Below, in pieces: positions 36,533 through 46,795 of a stretch of 64,000 nucleotides of DNA. Source of the DNA: a virus. The stretch lies in UHGV virus genome UHGV-1493261. One strand, written 5' to 3'. The notes below the pieces were generated by a model. The model had not been told where the DNA came from. It did not search any database and saw only the letters and a list, made by a program, of their open reading frames with translations. The stretch's first letter is position 1, and every line of letters begins with the position of its first letter. The position numbers and the translations under genes were made by a program.

Positions 36533-36758
36533 GTACATGAGTTTCTGGTGGGCGAAGTTCTTGGTTGAACTTCAGATATCCGGCATCGTCTTCTTGATCG
36601 CCGTGATCCTAGTTGCCCGTTCGGCGTTCAAGCAATGGCGCTGCAAACACAGCACCTATCGTGAGAACCATGCTTGCCATGCTATCTGCACCCATTGCGG
36701 GAAGGATCTTGGGTTTGTGGGCACTGTTCGCAAGATGAAGAATCACAAAGAGGTGTGA
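36525..36758 (+). CDS. small membrane protein with C-terminal Cys/His cluster
   Basis: ATG at 36525 with SD GGAGAAGG; hydrophobic helix; HACHAICTHCG. Confidence 0.4.
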   Translation: MGEYMSFWWAKFLVELQISGIVFLIAVILVARSAFKQWRCKHSTYRENHACHAICTHCGKDLGFVGTVRKMKNHKEV

Positions 36759-36762
36759 TCTG

Positions 36763-37020
36763 ATGGACGAGCTATTCGCATTGGTGATTGCATTAACGTT
36801 CTTACTGTCCTTGATTATCAGCTCGCTTGTGTTGTTGCTGGTGTGGATAGCTGTTCCCGAGATCAATAACCACAAGGCGCTCGTTGTCGTGATTATCCTA
36901 GGTCTGAGTGCTTCCCTTACTCTTCACTATTCCAAACAGGAGTATAATCCTAACAAATATTACAAGACATTAGCGGACAAGTATCATGAGTTTAAGAATG
37001 AAAGAGCTTCCGGTAAATGA
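36763..37020 (+). CDS. small membrane protein
   Basis: Hydrophobic N-terminal half. Confidence 0.4.
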   Translation: MDELFALVIALTFLLSLIISSLVLLLVWIAVPEINNHKALVVVIILGLSASLTLHYSKQEYNPNKYYKTLADKYHEFKNERASGK

Positions 37021-37240
37021 CAAGAAGTACATGTACAAGGTTCTGCTGAGCCTCGGGGTGTCACAATCTGGGCTGGCTCGTTTATTGGATTGTTCTAATG
37101 TTGTGAACTACTGGGCGAAGGGATATCGTGTTGTCCCCCGCTCATTCCGTCGCTTCATCCTGGTGTTACAGTTCATCAAGAAGAAAGGGCTGATGGAAGA
37201 GTTATTGCAATTTATTAAAGAAGAGGAACGCAAATGCTAA
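36986..37240 (+). CDS. small helix-turn-helix protein (start uncertain, 36986 or 36998)
   Basis: HTH-like LGVSQSGLARLLDCSNVVNYWAKG. Confidence 0.4.
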   Translation: MSLRMKELPVNDKKYMYKVLLSLGVSQSGLARLLDCSNVVNYWAKGYRVVPRSFRRFILVLQFIKKKGLMEELLQFIKEEERKC

Positions 37241-37893
37241 CAGAGTGGCAGAAGATGGAGTTCGAGCGGGCGTTCAACGTTTACTGTGTCTTCATGGCGA
37301 TCAAGCTGCACTTCACCACTAAGGACTTCGATTACAGCTTGTATGGACCTATGAATTACAAGTTCGAGACGTTCTTGGCGAAGGAGGCCGTGTGCAAACA
37401 GTTTGCTCGCCTTGCCCGTCGGTTCGAGTCGTCACAGGGTGAAGTGGTAGAGAACTACATCATTGCCAACTTCATCAAATCACCCAAGACATGGGTGACG
37501 ACATTGCTTACACGCCAGGCTCAGGCCAATTATGATGAATACCGTAAGCTGTACGAGAACTTCACATATAACTTCCTTGAGGAGTTCGAGCGGGAGATGA
37601 TCCCTGCCATAAGGGAGCGCAACTGCACCTTCATTGAGTACATCAAGGGGACGGGTACAGGTCATCCACCGTTGCTAACAGACATCATCATCAAGAAGTT
37701 CCCGATTTGGTTCCTTGTCGGTCTGAACAAGATCGTTGGTTTCATTCATCTATACGATACGATTCTGCGTGATGACATCTACTGGAACTCAGAGGCGTTC
37801 TTGCTCAGGAAGACGAATGCTGTGGTTCCGGATGAGGATACCACATATTCAAAACAGAGACTCCGTGAGCTAATACAAGCCCACGGAATCTGA
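37234..37893 (+). CDS. hypothetical protein (219 aa)
   Basis: ORF with SD GAGGAA. Confidence 0.5.
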   Translation: MLTEWQKMEFERAFNVYCVFMAIKLHFTTKDFDYSLYGPMNYKFETFLAKEAVCKQFARLARRFESSQGEVVENYIIANFIKSPKTWVTTLLTRQAQANYDEYRKLYENFTYNFLEEFEREMIPAIRERNCTFIEYIKGTGTGHPPLLTDIIIKKFPIWFLVGLNKIVGFIHLYDTILRDDIYWNSEAFLLRKTNAVVPDEDTTYSKQRLRELIQAHGI

Positions 37894-39888
37894 TTACCAT
37901 TCCCACAGGATGCGGGAATTATCTGTTTTGTTCTCAGGCTCAAGATATGAGCTGTTGAAGTTATTGGTCGTGTTGATCCTCTTAGAAGCATCCACATTCT
38001 GCTGTACTGGCATCACGACGCTGGCTGGAGGCGGTGAATAGCCGCCTTGTACTTGCTCGATATTAGACAGCGCCCTCCCTTGTGATGGCATGGCCCCACC
38101 CAGAGTACCACCCCCGATAGAACCATACGCAGCTTTCAGCTGAGAGGTGCGGTCATTAGCCATATTCTTGTGATCTGAAGACACACCAGAAGGTATCGGA
38201 GTCAGCGTCTGTGGATCGTTGTTCGGTTTTGGATCGTTGTTCGGTTTTGGTGACGTCTGTGGATCGATGTTCGGTTGTGGTGACGTCTGTGGCTGCGAGG
38301 TCTCTGCCACATTAGGAGACGGATTCTCATCAGTGTCAATCAGCATAGACTGGCGAGCCTCATCCATCTTCTGCTTCGCAGCCTGTCCACCCAGAGCGTC
38401 AGGGATGATGCTGACGAACTTGTCAACGATATCGAACATCGCATTGGTGATTGTGTTCAGCATGTTGAAGAAAGGTTTCTTCACATTTTCGGCAAATCCC
38501 TTCTTGATTTCGTCAATAACCTTGTTGGCCACACCCATGCCCTCGTCGATCACACTACTGATACCCCCTGTGATCCAGTCTACCAGCTTCATCAATTCCG
38601 ACTGAAGGTTGTCTGCCAGCTTGCCAGGGATATCCGTAAGAGACGTGTCTCTCCCGATCCCTGCAAACAAGTCGTTGCTAATCCAGTCGATAATACCATT
38701 CAGCCAACGAGCGGGAGCCTCGGTGATCATGAGGGTGTATTTGCGCAGGGTTTCTCCCGCCTCGGTATCAAAGCCAAAGATCTTGGACACCCAGTCAAAT
38801 ATATCACCAAATCCACCAACCAGTTCTGATATCCCCGCCCGTACTCGGTCAACTATCGTGACAGCACCTTTACCCAGGATCTCCTTCGCATCAATGAAGC
38901 CTTTACCGAAGTCCCAGATCATAGACAGGAGAGCCAGTGGACCGACTTTCAGGAACTTGAACACCTTCCCAAATGGGCCCAGAAGTTTGGTGATACCTTC
39001 TCCCAGCTTGGAGAACATGCCGAGGAAAGTCCCGACAACACCACCGATGATCTTGAACGGCTTGAGCAAGAAGCCCTTCAGTGCATTCAGGCCAAGCATG
39101 GCCGCCACAGCAGCCCCGATACCGGAGGAATCGTCTTTCTGGTCATCGTCTTTGGGTATAACAGAACCCGCCTGAGGATGACCACCCGTTTCTTTGTCGG
39201 TTTCCCCACGGCGCATCTCGTCCTTCTCACGCCACTTCTGGTCTTCATCAAAGATGCGTGTCAACACTCCAACGATATGACCGCCCGTGCGTCCAATCTT
39301 GTTTTCAATGCTAGACAAGCGAGTAAGGGTGTCATCGGAGTTCTTTTTCAGTTCAGCAACATCGTCACGAACCTCGATCATCACTCCGTCGATCATGTTC
39401 AAGAATGATCCCACGCGGACCAGAGACACACTCTGCTCGTCCATGCGCTTGAGGGTGTCATCATTGGCAGACTTCAGCTGGTCTGAGATCAGGTTAAGAT
39501 ACTCCAGGGACGTGTCATCTGTTGGCATGCGGGTGATCTCACCGAGGCGGTCAATCTTGCCTGCGATATTCTCCAGTTCCCGATTGCCTTCGTTACCCAC
39601 ATCGACAGTATCCTTCATCCATACGCTGAAGTCGCGGGTGAAGATCGGAGACATGCGAGCGAATCCCATGACGATCTCATTGACTGTCGGGATACGGATT
39701 TCAAATGGCTTGGACTCGGCCTTGGTGCCCTGTTTAGTGGCAGATTCCAGCTTGGCCAGATTCTTGTTCATCCGGTCAAGCTGTCTGTTGGTTTCATTCT
39801 GAGCGCGGAGTTGTTTGCGCTGCATCATCTCCGCCTTGATCTTGTCTAGAACTTTGACAACATCATTGTTCGTTGCTTCCTGTGCCAT
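37894..39888 (-). CDS. large virion-associated protein (664 aa): coiled-coil N-terminus, Gly-rich hydrophobic segment, Pro-rich repeat C-terminus; possibly tape-measure/hub-like
   Basis: Composition only; lies at the end of a minus-strand structural block. Confidence 0.4.
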   Translation of the reverse strand: MAQEATNNDVVKVLDKIKAEMMQRKQLRAQNETNRQLDRMNKNLAKLESATKQGTKAESKPFEIRIPTVNEIVMGFARMSPIFTRDFSVWMKDTVDVGNEGNRELENIAGKIDRLGEITRMPTDDTSLEYLNLISDQLKSANDDTLKRMDEQSVSLVRVGSFLNMIDGVMIEVRDDVAELKKNSDDTLTRLSSIENKIGRTGGHIVGVLTRIFDEDQKWREKDEMRRGETDKETGGHPQAGSVIPKDDDQKDDSSGIGAAVAAMLGLNALKGFLLKPFKIIGGVVGTFLGMFSKLGEGITKLLGPFGKVFKFLKVGPLALLSMIWDFGKGFIDAKEILGKGAVTIVDRVRAGISELVGGFGDIFDWVSKIFGFDTEAGETLRKYTLMITEAPARWLNGIIDWISNDLFAGIGRDTSLTDIPGKLADNLQSELMKLVDWITGGISSVIDEGMGVANKVIDEIKKGFAENVKKPFFNMLNTITNAMFDIVDKFVSIIPDALGGQAAKQKMDEARQSMLIDTDENPSPNVAETSQPQTSPQPNIDPQTSPKPNNDPKPNNDPQTLTPIPSGVSSDHKNMANDRTSQLKAAYGSIGGGTLGGAMPSQGRALSNIEQVQGGYSPPPASVVMPVQQNVDASKRINTTNNFNSSYLEPENKTDNSRILWEW
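38205..38292 (-). repeat. compound tandem repeat (18-bp unit x2, then 30-bp unit x about 1.5), encoding repeated DPQTSP-KPNND segments
   Basis: GGATCGTTGTTCGGTTTT x2 at 38213-38248; GGTGACGTCTGTGG recurring at 38249 and 38279. Confidence 0.8.
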
Positions 39889-39899
39889 GGGTCACCTCG

Positions 39900-41288
39900 T
39901 TAAACCTTCTGTGCTTGGCCTTTCTCAATCGCCTGAGGAGTAGTGGTGGAAGCAGTTGTCTGATTGGTCTGAGGTGGAAGCACCTGCTCCAGCAAACTGT
40001 CCTTGGCAATCTCAGCGATGCACTGATAATCTTTGGTCAGGCGGGAAATCTTGTGACGCACTTTGGTCACGATATAGTGGCCTGTCGATAGCTTACTTAA
40101 CTCTGCCAGGTTTTCGTTCTTCTTAGGACGGTTGGACTGGTCTTCGACGTAGAACACCTGACCGACGTTCAGGCGGTTATCACCAACGAGCAACACGCGC
40201 ATCACAGTGCTGGCAAGACTGAAGTTGATAACACGACTAGCATAATCAATCTGCTCCGCTCCATCCGGCTGGGCTTCAATGTAACGGACGTTCTGACGAT
40301 TGAATTCATCTGAGAACATCGGGAACGGATCAAGGTGAGCCGTCTCTGCAAACCACTCAGTATAGATGCGCTGTGTTGGGGTGACTGTCTTGGTCTCAAA
40401 GTCGTAGACGCGCTCGTTCACCGCCAGGACATCGCGGTAGTTTGCCATGAACTGGTCACGCGCCAGCTTCTTCTCTGCCTTGATGATCGTGCGCATAAAG
40501 CGCTCAGAGTTGAAGTTGTTATCCTGCATGAGCGGCGCGTCCTGAGGATCACGGAACAACTTGTTCTGTTGAGCTAGTTCCTGCTTCTCTTCTGCTGTCA
40601 ATGACTGGCTACCCTGGTTGAACAACGTCGTCAGGCTCTTGAAGTGATAGCCATTGAAGTCTTCATAGAACACGAATGGCATGAACAATTCGTCATAAGA
40701 ACGGCTCGCCATATAATCAATAGATCGCAGCACAGGCCAGAGAGGGGTGGCGAACCGCTCTTGAATTCCATATGACGGGTCGATGTCTTCGAACTTGGTG
40801 CGCGACTCCAGCTGATTGAAGATTGTCTTCGCCATGTCAGAATACGAACCGTCAAGACCGAGGGAGCATCGGATCATGCTGTCCTTATAGGCATCGGTGG
40901 TCACCATGTGCAACCAGAATGCTTTCTTGGACGAGCTGTTGGACTCATCAGCTACGCGCCCAACACGCGCTACGCGCAGGGAGAGAGTGGTGTAATCCGA
41001 GGCCGCCGGACTCTTGAATGACACCACAACTTCTTCGCCACCCAAGATAGGCATTGTGTCAAGAATGTCCCACCCCTCTTTTATCAAGACATTGGCTGTA
41101 AGCGATGGAGATGACTTCCCTTCAAGACCCAGATCCTGGAAGACGTTGAACTCCTCAAACAACGCCGTCAGGTCATATGGCGTTGGTGATCCGCCCTGGG
41201 GTGTATGAGGGAGTATCGCCATATACTTCAGGTCAAATGTTGTTGACGGTGTTACAATACCGTCTTGGGTCTCTCTGTTTTCGATCAT
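39900..41288 (-). CDS. hypothetical structural protein (462 aa), candidate baseplate hub component
   Basis: Position in the structural block only. Confidence 0.35.
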   Translation of the reverse strand: MIENRETQDGIVTPSTTFDLKYMAILPHTPQGGSPTPYDLTALFEEFNVFQDLGLEGKSSPSLTANVLIKEGWDILDTMPILGGEEVVVSFKSPAASDYTTLSLRVARVGRVADESNSSSKKAFWLHMVTTDAYKDSMIRCSLGLDGSYSDMAKTIFNQLESRTKFEDIDPSYGIQERFATPLWPVLRSIDYMASRSYDELFMPFVFYEDFNGYHFKSLTTLFNQGSQSLTAEEKQELAQQNKLFRDPQDAPLMQDNNFNSERFMRTIIKAEKKLARDQFMANYRDVLAVNERVYDFETKTVTPTQRIYTEWFAETAHLDPFPMFSDEFNRQNVRYIEAQPDGAEQIDYASRVINFSLASTVMRVLLVGDNRLNVGQVFYVEDQSNRPKKNENLAELSKLSTGHYIVTKVRHKISRLTKDYQCIAEIAKDSLLEQVLPPQTNQTTASTTTPQAIEKGQAQKV

Positions 41289-41839
41289 TTCGCCAACTCC
41301 TGCTCCAGCTGATTGACAAACGAAGACACATAATCTGGGTCGAGTACTTGGATGTTCCGTTTGGCTTCATTCTTACTGATTGCATCATCATGATATGAAA
41401 CTGCCGTCAGACCATAGTTAGCAATTATGGACGGCTCATCCAGGTCTAGGTTATATGCAAATTTGATAGCACGGGCGTCGGTCACGTTGTTGAACTGGTC
41501 GACATAATAGGCTGTATCCCACATACCATCGATGCCGTAATCTGCAGTCAGTTCTTCAATAATACGGCGTTCCGGTTTCGGCCAGTCCTTATTGATGTCC
41601 ATGATGCCGTTTATCAGACAAGGTATCCAAAACAACTCGAAGGATCCGTAAACGCGTTCTGCGAAAGACCTTGGGGTTTCCCCCTCTTGAATCGTATACG
41701 GCAGGAGAAGCCCTTCGATGTCCTTAATTTTCTGTAAGATCATCACCCGGCGCGTTAAGTTCTGTAACAGCACCTGATCATTCTCTTGGACATCTTGCAA
41801 TTGATGCCAAACAAGTGGAAACTTCTCAAAATATTTCAT
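41285..41839 (-). CDS. hypothetical protein (184 aa)
   Basis: ORF coupled within the block. Confidence 0.4.
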   Translation of the reverse strand: MKYFEKFPLVWHQLQDVQENDQVLLQNLTRRVMILQKIKDIEGLLLPYTIQEGETPRSFAERVYGSFELFWIPCLINGIMDINKDWPKPERRIIEELTADYGIDGMWDTAYYVDQFNNVTDARAIKFAYNLDLDEPSIIANYGLTAVSYHDDAISKNEAKRNIQVLDPDYVSSFVNQLEQELAK

Positions 41840-41850
41840 GGCATCCTCTC

Positions 41851-42819
41851 TTAGAAGCTATCGCCTTCGGTTTCAAAGCGCCCTTTATGCAGAGGCTCCA
41901 GTTCGATGAAGGTCATGTCAACCTGCGTGGACACGATACCATCATCTTTGTGAACCGCGTATGAACTGTCCGGCGTCTCGTTGACGAACATGTTGGAAAG
42001 TACACAAGTGGAGATGCGGTGCAGCCACTGGTTACGCTCCCCATTGACCATGAACGTAATGTCGAATGTTGAAGGATGCAAGTAAAACGCGCTGGAATTC
42101 TTGTTGTACTTGTACTCTGGGTACATGTGCATCTTGAACATGCGGATGATCTCACGGACCATTTTGGCTTCCTTCTGAGATCGCGGCGTGAATTTGAATG
42201 TAAACGGAATCTCACGGTTGCGTACCCCCTGGAAGATCATCTCCACATACGGGTTGGTCATCGTACCAGTGAACAACTCAAGGGTGTCATGAGCGTTGAT
42301 GGTAGGCATGAACGGGATAGCCTCCGATGCAGACTGAATGGCCTTGGTCGCTGCAAATCGACCCATTTCCTTCCCGACGTTGAGCGCATCACCCAGTTTA
42401 AACTGAGTCATGTCTTGGGCGGCGCGGGAAAGGAACTGTGCCCCCATACCAGCCAGCCCCAGCTCGCTACCGTTCCAGCCAACGCCATAGTTGGTTGTAA
42501 TGGACTCGGGCATACAAAGTACGATAGACTCGTTTGAACGAACGTGACGCGCCCATGCATATTTGGTGATGGAACCAGACTTGGACCCATAGACCACAGG
42601 AGTATTCCCCAGAGGGTTCTGTATTGGGTTCTCGATAGTCTGAGTAGCCGTGTTGCCATAAGATGAACCGGAGATGCGGTTGATGTTGAATAGGACATAG
42701 TGTCCCAAGGTCTTACCCCCAGTGACGTCTAGGGGATAAGACAATTGCTTCTGAGCCTGGGACAATCCCTTCGTGTTCAGAACCTTGATCTTATCGATTG
42801 TCTTTTTGAAGTCGGACAT
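41851..42819 (-). CDS. hypothetical structural protein (322 aa), possibly baseplate/tube-related
   Basis: Preceded by a late-promoter-like CCTAAATA at 42854-42861. Confidence 0.35.
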   Translation of the reverse strand: MSDFKKTIDKIKVLNTKGLSQAQKQLSYPLDVTGGKTLGHYVLFNINRISGSSYGNTATQTIENPIQNPLGNTPVVYGSKSGSITKYAWARHVRSNESIVLCMPESITTNYGVGWNGSELGLAGMGAQFLSRAAQDMTQFKLGDALNVGKEMGRFAATKAIQSASEAIPFMPTINAHDTLELFTGTMTNPYVEMIFQGVRNREIPFTFKFTPRSQKEAKMVREIIRMFKMHMYPEYKYNKNSSAFYLHPSTFDITFMVNGERNQWLHRISTCVLSNMFVNETPDSSYAVHKDDGIVSTQVDMTFIELEPLHKGRFETEGDSF

Positions 42820-42829
42820 AGTCTCAGCC

Positions 42830-42837
42830 CTTAAATA
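42830..42837 (+). promoter_or_regulatory. late-promoter-like CTTAAATA for the gp4-like gene
   Basis: 33 nt upstream of the ATG at 42870. Confidence 0.35.
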
Positions 42838-42853
42838 GATAGAGTGTTATGGC

Positions 42854-42861
42854 TATTTAGG
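42854..42861 (-). promoter_or_regulatory. late-promoter-like CCTAAATA (minus strand) for the gene starting at 42819
   Basis: 35 nt upstream of the minus-strand ATG. Confidence 0.3.
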
Positions 42862-42869
42862 ACTAGATT

Positions 42870-43484
42870 ATGAGCAACTATCTTCAGGGGAAGTACACCC
42901 CAGTTAATCCCAAGAAGTATCAGGGGAATGTGAATAACATCATCTTCCGCTCTTCGCTGGAGTTGGTGGCTTTCAAGTTCTGTGATATGAACTCCGCGAT
43001 AGTGAAGTGGTCTAGTGAGGAGACCGTAATCCCTTACATTTCCCCAGTCGACGGGCGCACCCATCGTTACTTCATGGACCTCAAGGTCTGGACGCGCCGT
43101 GAAGGGCAAGAGGAACTACAGGTCACCCTCATTGAGATCAAGCCCAAAGACCAGATCAAGCAGCCGAAGAAGACTCCGAACATGAAGGAGTCGACATTCA
43201 ACAATGCGATGCGAACCTGGTTGGTCAATTCTGCCAAGTGGGAGGCCACCCGCGAACTGTGTGCCAAGAAGAACTGGAAGTTCATTATCTGGACCGAAGA
43301 GCATCTTGTTCCAGGTGAGGATCCGGATGTTCGTAAACAGTTTGAGCTGAAGTCGAAAAAGAAACGGGATATGGAGATGCAAGATCGCCGACATGCTGAG
43401 CGTGTCAGGGTGCTGAAGGAACAGATGCGGAAGGAGATTAAACCCGCCCCAACGGAGCGGGATGATGGACTTCTATTACCTTAA
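42870..43484 (+). CDS. 4: head completion protein, T4 gp4-like
   Basis: N-terminal third matches my recollection of T4 gp4 (IIFRSS.E...F, EETVIPYISPVDG..HRYFMDL, IEIKPK). Confidence 0.6.
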   Translation: MSNYLQGKYTPVNPKKYQGNVNNIIFRSSLELVAFKFCDMNSAIVKWSSEETVIPYISPVDGRTHRYFMDLKVWTRREGQEELQVTLIEIKPKDQIKQPKKTPNMKESTFNNAMRTWLVNSAKWEATRELCAKKNWKFIIWTEEHLVPGEDPDVRKQFELKSKKKRDMEMQDRRHAERVRVLKEQMRKEIKPAPTERDDGLLLP

Positions 43485-43693
43485 CTTCTTTTGTGGCCAG
43501 GGGCGTAGCAGGTATGCCTGTCGCGCCCGATTTGCCAGCCGTCTGCTCGCGCCTGTTTGACACAATCACCCCAAGTCTCACCAGTGTATTGTTTGAACCC
43601 GCACTTGGGGTGATGCTCTTCCCAAGCCCAACTGCACGCCTTGCAATCTGAGCATTCACAATAAAGATCGATGGTGTAACCTGAAGTGATCAT
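43481..43693 (-). CDS. small Cys-rich protein
   Basis: CECSDCKAC...C...C. Confidence 0.4.
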   Translation of the reverse strand: MITSGYTIDLYCECSDCKACSWAWEEHHPKCGFKQYTGETWGDCVKQARADGWQIGRDRHTCYAPGHKRS

Positions 43694-43695
43694 AA

Positions 43696-44103
43696 TCAGT
43701 CTTCTAGGTGATCGTAGATCTTCTGACGGAACGCATTACCACCAGCACAACCCTTGGCCAGCAGGTGGGTGCCGCCCGTACCGATCACGCTGATTGTTGA
43801 GAAGCCCAAGATACGGCCTGTGATGGACTGATCAACCTTCACTGTCTCCACCTTACCGATGCGCAACTCATCAGCATCACGACGGATGAAACCACGTTTG
43901 ACGATGACGCGCTTGTTAGTCACAGCGAATTCAGTTGTCAATACATTTAAAATTGTTGGTATCAGAAATAACAAGCTGAATCCAAATGTTGGGATAAACG
44001 TTAAAATAACCAGAACGTAAATCCAAAAACCGCTCCACCAAGTCGGGCGGGTGAAGGCAATAACGTGCTCGTCTTTGCCGAGCATACGATCTACATAACG
44101 CAT
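43696..44103 (-). CDS. membrane protein with bacterial PH-like domain
   Basis: Two hydrophobic helices followed by VTNKRVIVKRGFIRRD. Confidence 0.4.
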   Translation of the reverse strand: MRYVDRMLGKDEHVIAFTRPTWWSGFWIYVLVILTFIPTFGFSLLFLIPTILNVLTTEFAVTNKRVIVKRGFIRRDADELRIGKVETVKVDQSITGRILGFSTISVIGTGGTHLLAKGCAGGNAFRQKIYDHLED

Positions 44104-44113
44104 GATAAATTCC

Positions 44114-44623
44114 TTATTTGTCAGGGTTCACTAAAACAGGGGTGGATACCAGTTCGCCGTTCTTCACAGAATGCTGGACTACAACAAACTGATCGACCAT
44201 GCGATATACTTCAATTCCAGCAGCCAGCATGTCAATAATACCGTCTATGATACGATATGGTCGGTCATAGAACACTTTAGCGATCTTGCCACTGTCGATA
44301 ATACGACGGGTGCACTCTGGGCATGGACTATGAGTGACAAACATCACCAGGCCACAACAGTCTTCGGTGTGCTGGGGGAGTTTGCTCAGAGCATTCTCCT
44401 CGGCGTGGATAACACCAACCGATACCAGTTGACCGTCTACTTCCTTCTCACAGACATTAGGAGCGCCAGGAGCAGTCCCGTTCCAACCGATAGACAGGGG
44501 CTGGTCAACACGCGGGTCAACGATAACACAGCCGACCTTCAGGCGCTGGGCATAGCTGGACAGAGCGTATGCATGAGCCGAGCGCATATGCGCAAACAAC
44601 ATACGGGGTTTGATAGCCATCAC
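44114..44623 (-). CDS. cd: dCMP deaminase
   Basis: Zinc-binding motifs HAEENAL and SPCPEC. Confidence 0.8.
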   Translation of the reverse strand: MMAIKPRMLFAHMRSAHAYALSSYAQRLKVGCVIVDPRVDQPLSIGWNGTAPGAPNVCEKEVDGQLVSVGVIHAEENALSKLPQHTEDCCGLVMFVTHSPCPECTRRIIDSGKIAKVFYDRPYRIIDGIIDMLAAGIEVYRMVDQFVVVQHSVKNGELVSTPVLVNPDK

Positions 44624-44934
44624 ATCACCAGTTTCTTTTCAAGGAGGAAGATCATGTCGTCTTGGTCTGCACGACCAAAGATCTGACCCATGGCGACCAT
44701 CTGGTGGACTTCCCTGACAATGATTTCTTTGCCAGGAGTAACTTCATCCAGGTCCATGATAGTGCTGACGCGGTCTACCATGCGCGGCGGGTGATTAATG
44801 TAGCGCTGCAGGTACTTCTCACGAGTGGCGATCAGGTTGTTCAGCTCGGACAGCTCTGTCTCTTCTTCTGAGAAGCGCTTTTCCTTCGCCTGTAGTTCAG
44901 ACAGACGCTCATACATTTCTTTTAATGGGGTCAT
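44620..44934 (-). CDS. hypothetical protein (104 aa)
   Basis: ORF. Confidence 0.4.
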   Translation of the reverse strand: MTPLKEMYERLSELQAKEKRFSEEETELSELNNLIATREKYLQRYINHPPRMVDRVSTIMDLDEVTPGKEIIVREVHQMVAMGQIFGRADQDDMIFLLEKKLVM

Positions 44935-45003
44935 TTCCGGTTCCTCTTAATAAACGAAGGGAAGTATATACTCCCCCTTCTTCAATAACCGCTGAATCTT
45001 TAT

Positions 45004-45333
45004 TCAGAGATAAGATTTACCGAGTTCGGTCAGGCGATAGAACGTCACCTCAGTGTTCGGCCAGTTCACGTAAGAACCGTCATGAACCATTGAGCCAGCT
45101 GGTTCAATCAACCCTTTGGACAACAGGGAAGCCCCAGTGCGGGGGTTGCCTTTGACGGAGGTGAAACCACCAGCGTTCGGGCATACCTGGAACGTCCAGA
45201 CGGTGTTGCCCTTGTCATTGGTCCAGGATTTGGGATGAAAGTACCATTCACCATAACGGCAATGACCTTTCTCAAAGTTCAACATTCCTAAAAGGACGCA
45301 GAGTTGATGTCCTGTGATGCGTGGCTTTTTCAT
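45004..45333 (-). CDS. hypothetical protein (109 aa)
   Basis: ORF. Confidence 0.4.
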   Translation of the reverse strand: MKKPRITGHQLCVLLGMLNFEKGHCRYGEWYFHPKSWTNDKGNTVWTFQVCPNAGGFTSVKGNPRTGASLLSKGLIEPAGSMVHDGSYVNWPNTEVTFYRLTELGKSYL

Positions 45334-45530
45334 GACAATACTCCTTTCAGAGCTAAAACGGAAAGCACACCAATAATCAACACAATCGGCCTGATATAAT
45401 AACCCGTTTTAGTTTGCTTCAAGATACATGGAGAGGAGAAGCGCAGATATGGATCCCCTTTCCGGTAGCCTGTGATTGTAACCTTCTGCACTTTATAAGG
45501 CACTTTTTGACCAGAAAAATAAATTTTCAT
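45330..45530 (-). CDS. small hypothetical protein
   Basis: ORF. Confidence 0.3.
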   Translation of the reverse strand: MKIYFSGQKVPYKVQKVTITGYRKGDPYLRFSSPCILKQTKTGYYIRPIVLIIGVLSVLALKGVLS

Positions 45531-46087
45531 ATTTCAATCCCCAGATTGGTGTATAACAACTCAGACAGGGTTACAGGGCGCTTGAATTGTTCCCAACTAC
45601 AGTTCAGGTATTCACGTTCTTCACGCATTTCACTGTGAAGATGACCATGGATATTATACGCCCAGCGGTCTAATTGATAAGGAACGTGAGTGGTCAACAC
45701 ACGACCAACCGGAGTATCACGCTCATACATCGCACCAAAGGAGCTAATCCATCCCTCTTGATACAGCTGCATCAACATCTTGAAGCTGTCATGGTTGCCT
45801 TGCGCCACCCTGATGATAAAGTTCGGACGCCAGTCATCGGGAACCGGGCGGCGCTTGAACTCATCAATATTCCTCTTGGCACCCTCGCGCATCAGGCGAA
45901 TGAACCCCTCAGCCCCGATGAAGCAGATGTCCCCAGCCAGTTCAAGGACGTCTCGGGACTTCAGCCCCTGAAAGATACTGTCGATAACTGCAGCATCATG
46001 TGCCTCTTGGGTATCGAACCCACGGGGATTGAAGATCTTCTTGTGCCCAAGGTGGGTGTCGCCCAGATACTTTACAATTCCTGCCAT
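45527..46087 (-). CDS. calcineurin-like metallophosphoesterase
   Basis: GDTHLGH and GNHD motifs; start probably the Met at 46087. Confidence 0.6.
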   Translation of the reverse strand: MAGIVKYLGDTHLGHKKIFNPRGFDTQEAHDAAVIDSIFQGLKSRDVLELAGDICFIGAEGFIRLMREGAKRNIDEFKRRPVPDDWRPNFIIRVAQGNHDSFKMLMQLYQEGWISSFGAMYERDTPVGRVLTTHVPYQLDRWAYNIHGHLHSEMREEREYLNCSWEQFKRPVTLSELLYTNLGIEI

Positions 46088-46515
46088 TATGGTTTCCTCA
46101 ACCATTCTAAAATCGGTACGTTCACAAACCCTTTATGCCAGCGATGGGGTTTATGGCCTCTGTTGTGTTCGAGCAAACACGTGTCCGGTGGGACACTGAA
46201 GTGGATGCCGTCGATGTCGTAGTAATGCCCATCAATCAGAGTATACACATGACCTTCGGTCTGACTGTAATGGATCTCTGCTTGAGGGTACACGTGCTTC
46301 AACAACAGAGCGACCTGGTAACACTTCCCGTTCTTCCCCACATACTCGACATCCACCTGTTGTGGAAACACATCTTTGACAAGGTTTATCAATCTCGTGA
46401 TGTCATTTACGACAACCGAACGTTTCATATCACCTCTCCCGAGGATTCGTTGGTGAACCAATGATACTCTATCCCGGATATAGAAAAGCCCCTCACGGGG
46501 CTTGATCGTCTTCAT
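46087..46515 (-). CDS. hypothetical protein (142 aa)
   Basis: ORF. Confidence 0.4.
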   Translation of the reverse strand: MKTIKPREGLFYIRDRVSLVHQRILGRGDMKRSVVVNDITRLINLVKDVFPQQVDVEYVGKNGKCYQVALLLKHVYPQAEIHYSQTEGHVYTLIDGHYYDIDGIHFSVPPDTCLLEHNRGHKPHRWHKGFVNVPILEWLRKP

Positions 46516-46795
46516 CAGGGAATATACGCCATCGACCTATTCCATACCACTCACCGATAGAGTTCCACGTCCTTTCCCCAGGCCAGCCACCGACCGAGTA
46601 GTAATGCGCCACCAGCCGCCAGTAAGGAAGAGAGGCCGTGTTCACGCCGCCGTCGGCCTTTAGGCAGGCCAAGTACCAATTCGTGAGACTGAACGCCTGA
46701 AATAACGGATGAAGGAACATGAAGTACAGGTAGCCCAATATGGCTGTGAATACCCCAGCTGTTACGATCACACCGATGACAGTGAATACAATCAT
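46493..46795 (-). CDS. small membrane protein
   Basis: Hydrophobic N-terminus. Confidence 0.35.
   Translation of the reverse strand: MIVFTVIGVIVTAGVFTAILGYLYFMFLHPLFQAFSLTNWYLACLKADGGVNTASLPYWRLVAHYYSVGGWPGERTWNSIGEWYGIGRWRIFPDEDDQAP

Noticed and set aside
38609-39802. Plus-strand ORFs (38609-39175, 39287-39802) inside the 664-aa minus-strand gene
   Set aside because: Low-complexity Ser/Pro-rich translations typical of antisense frames
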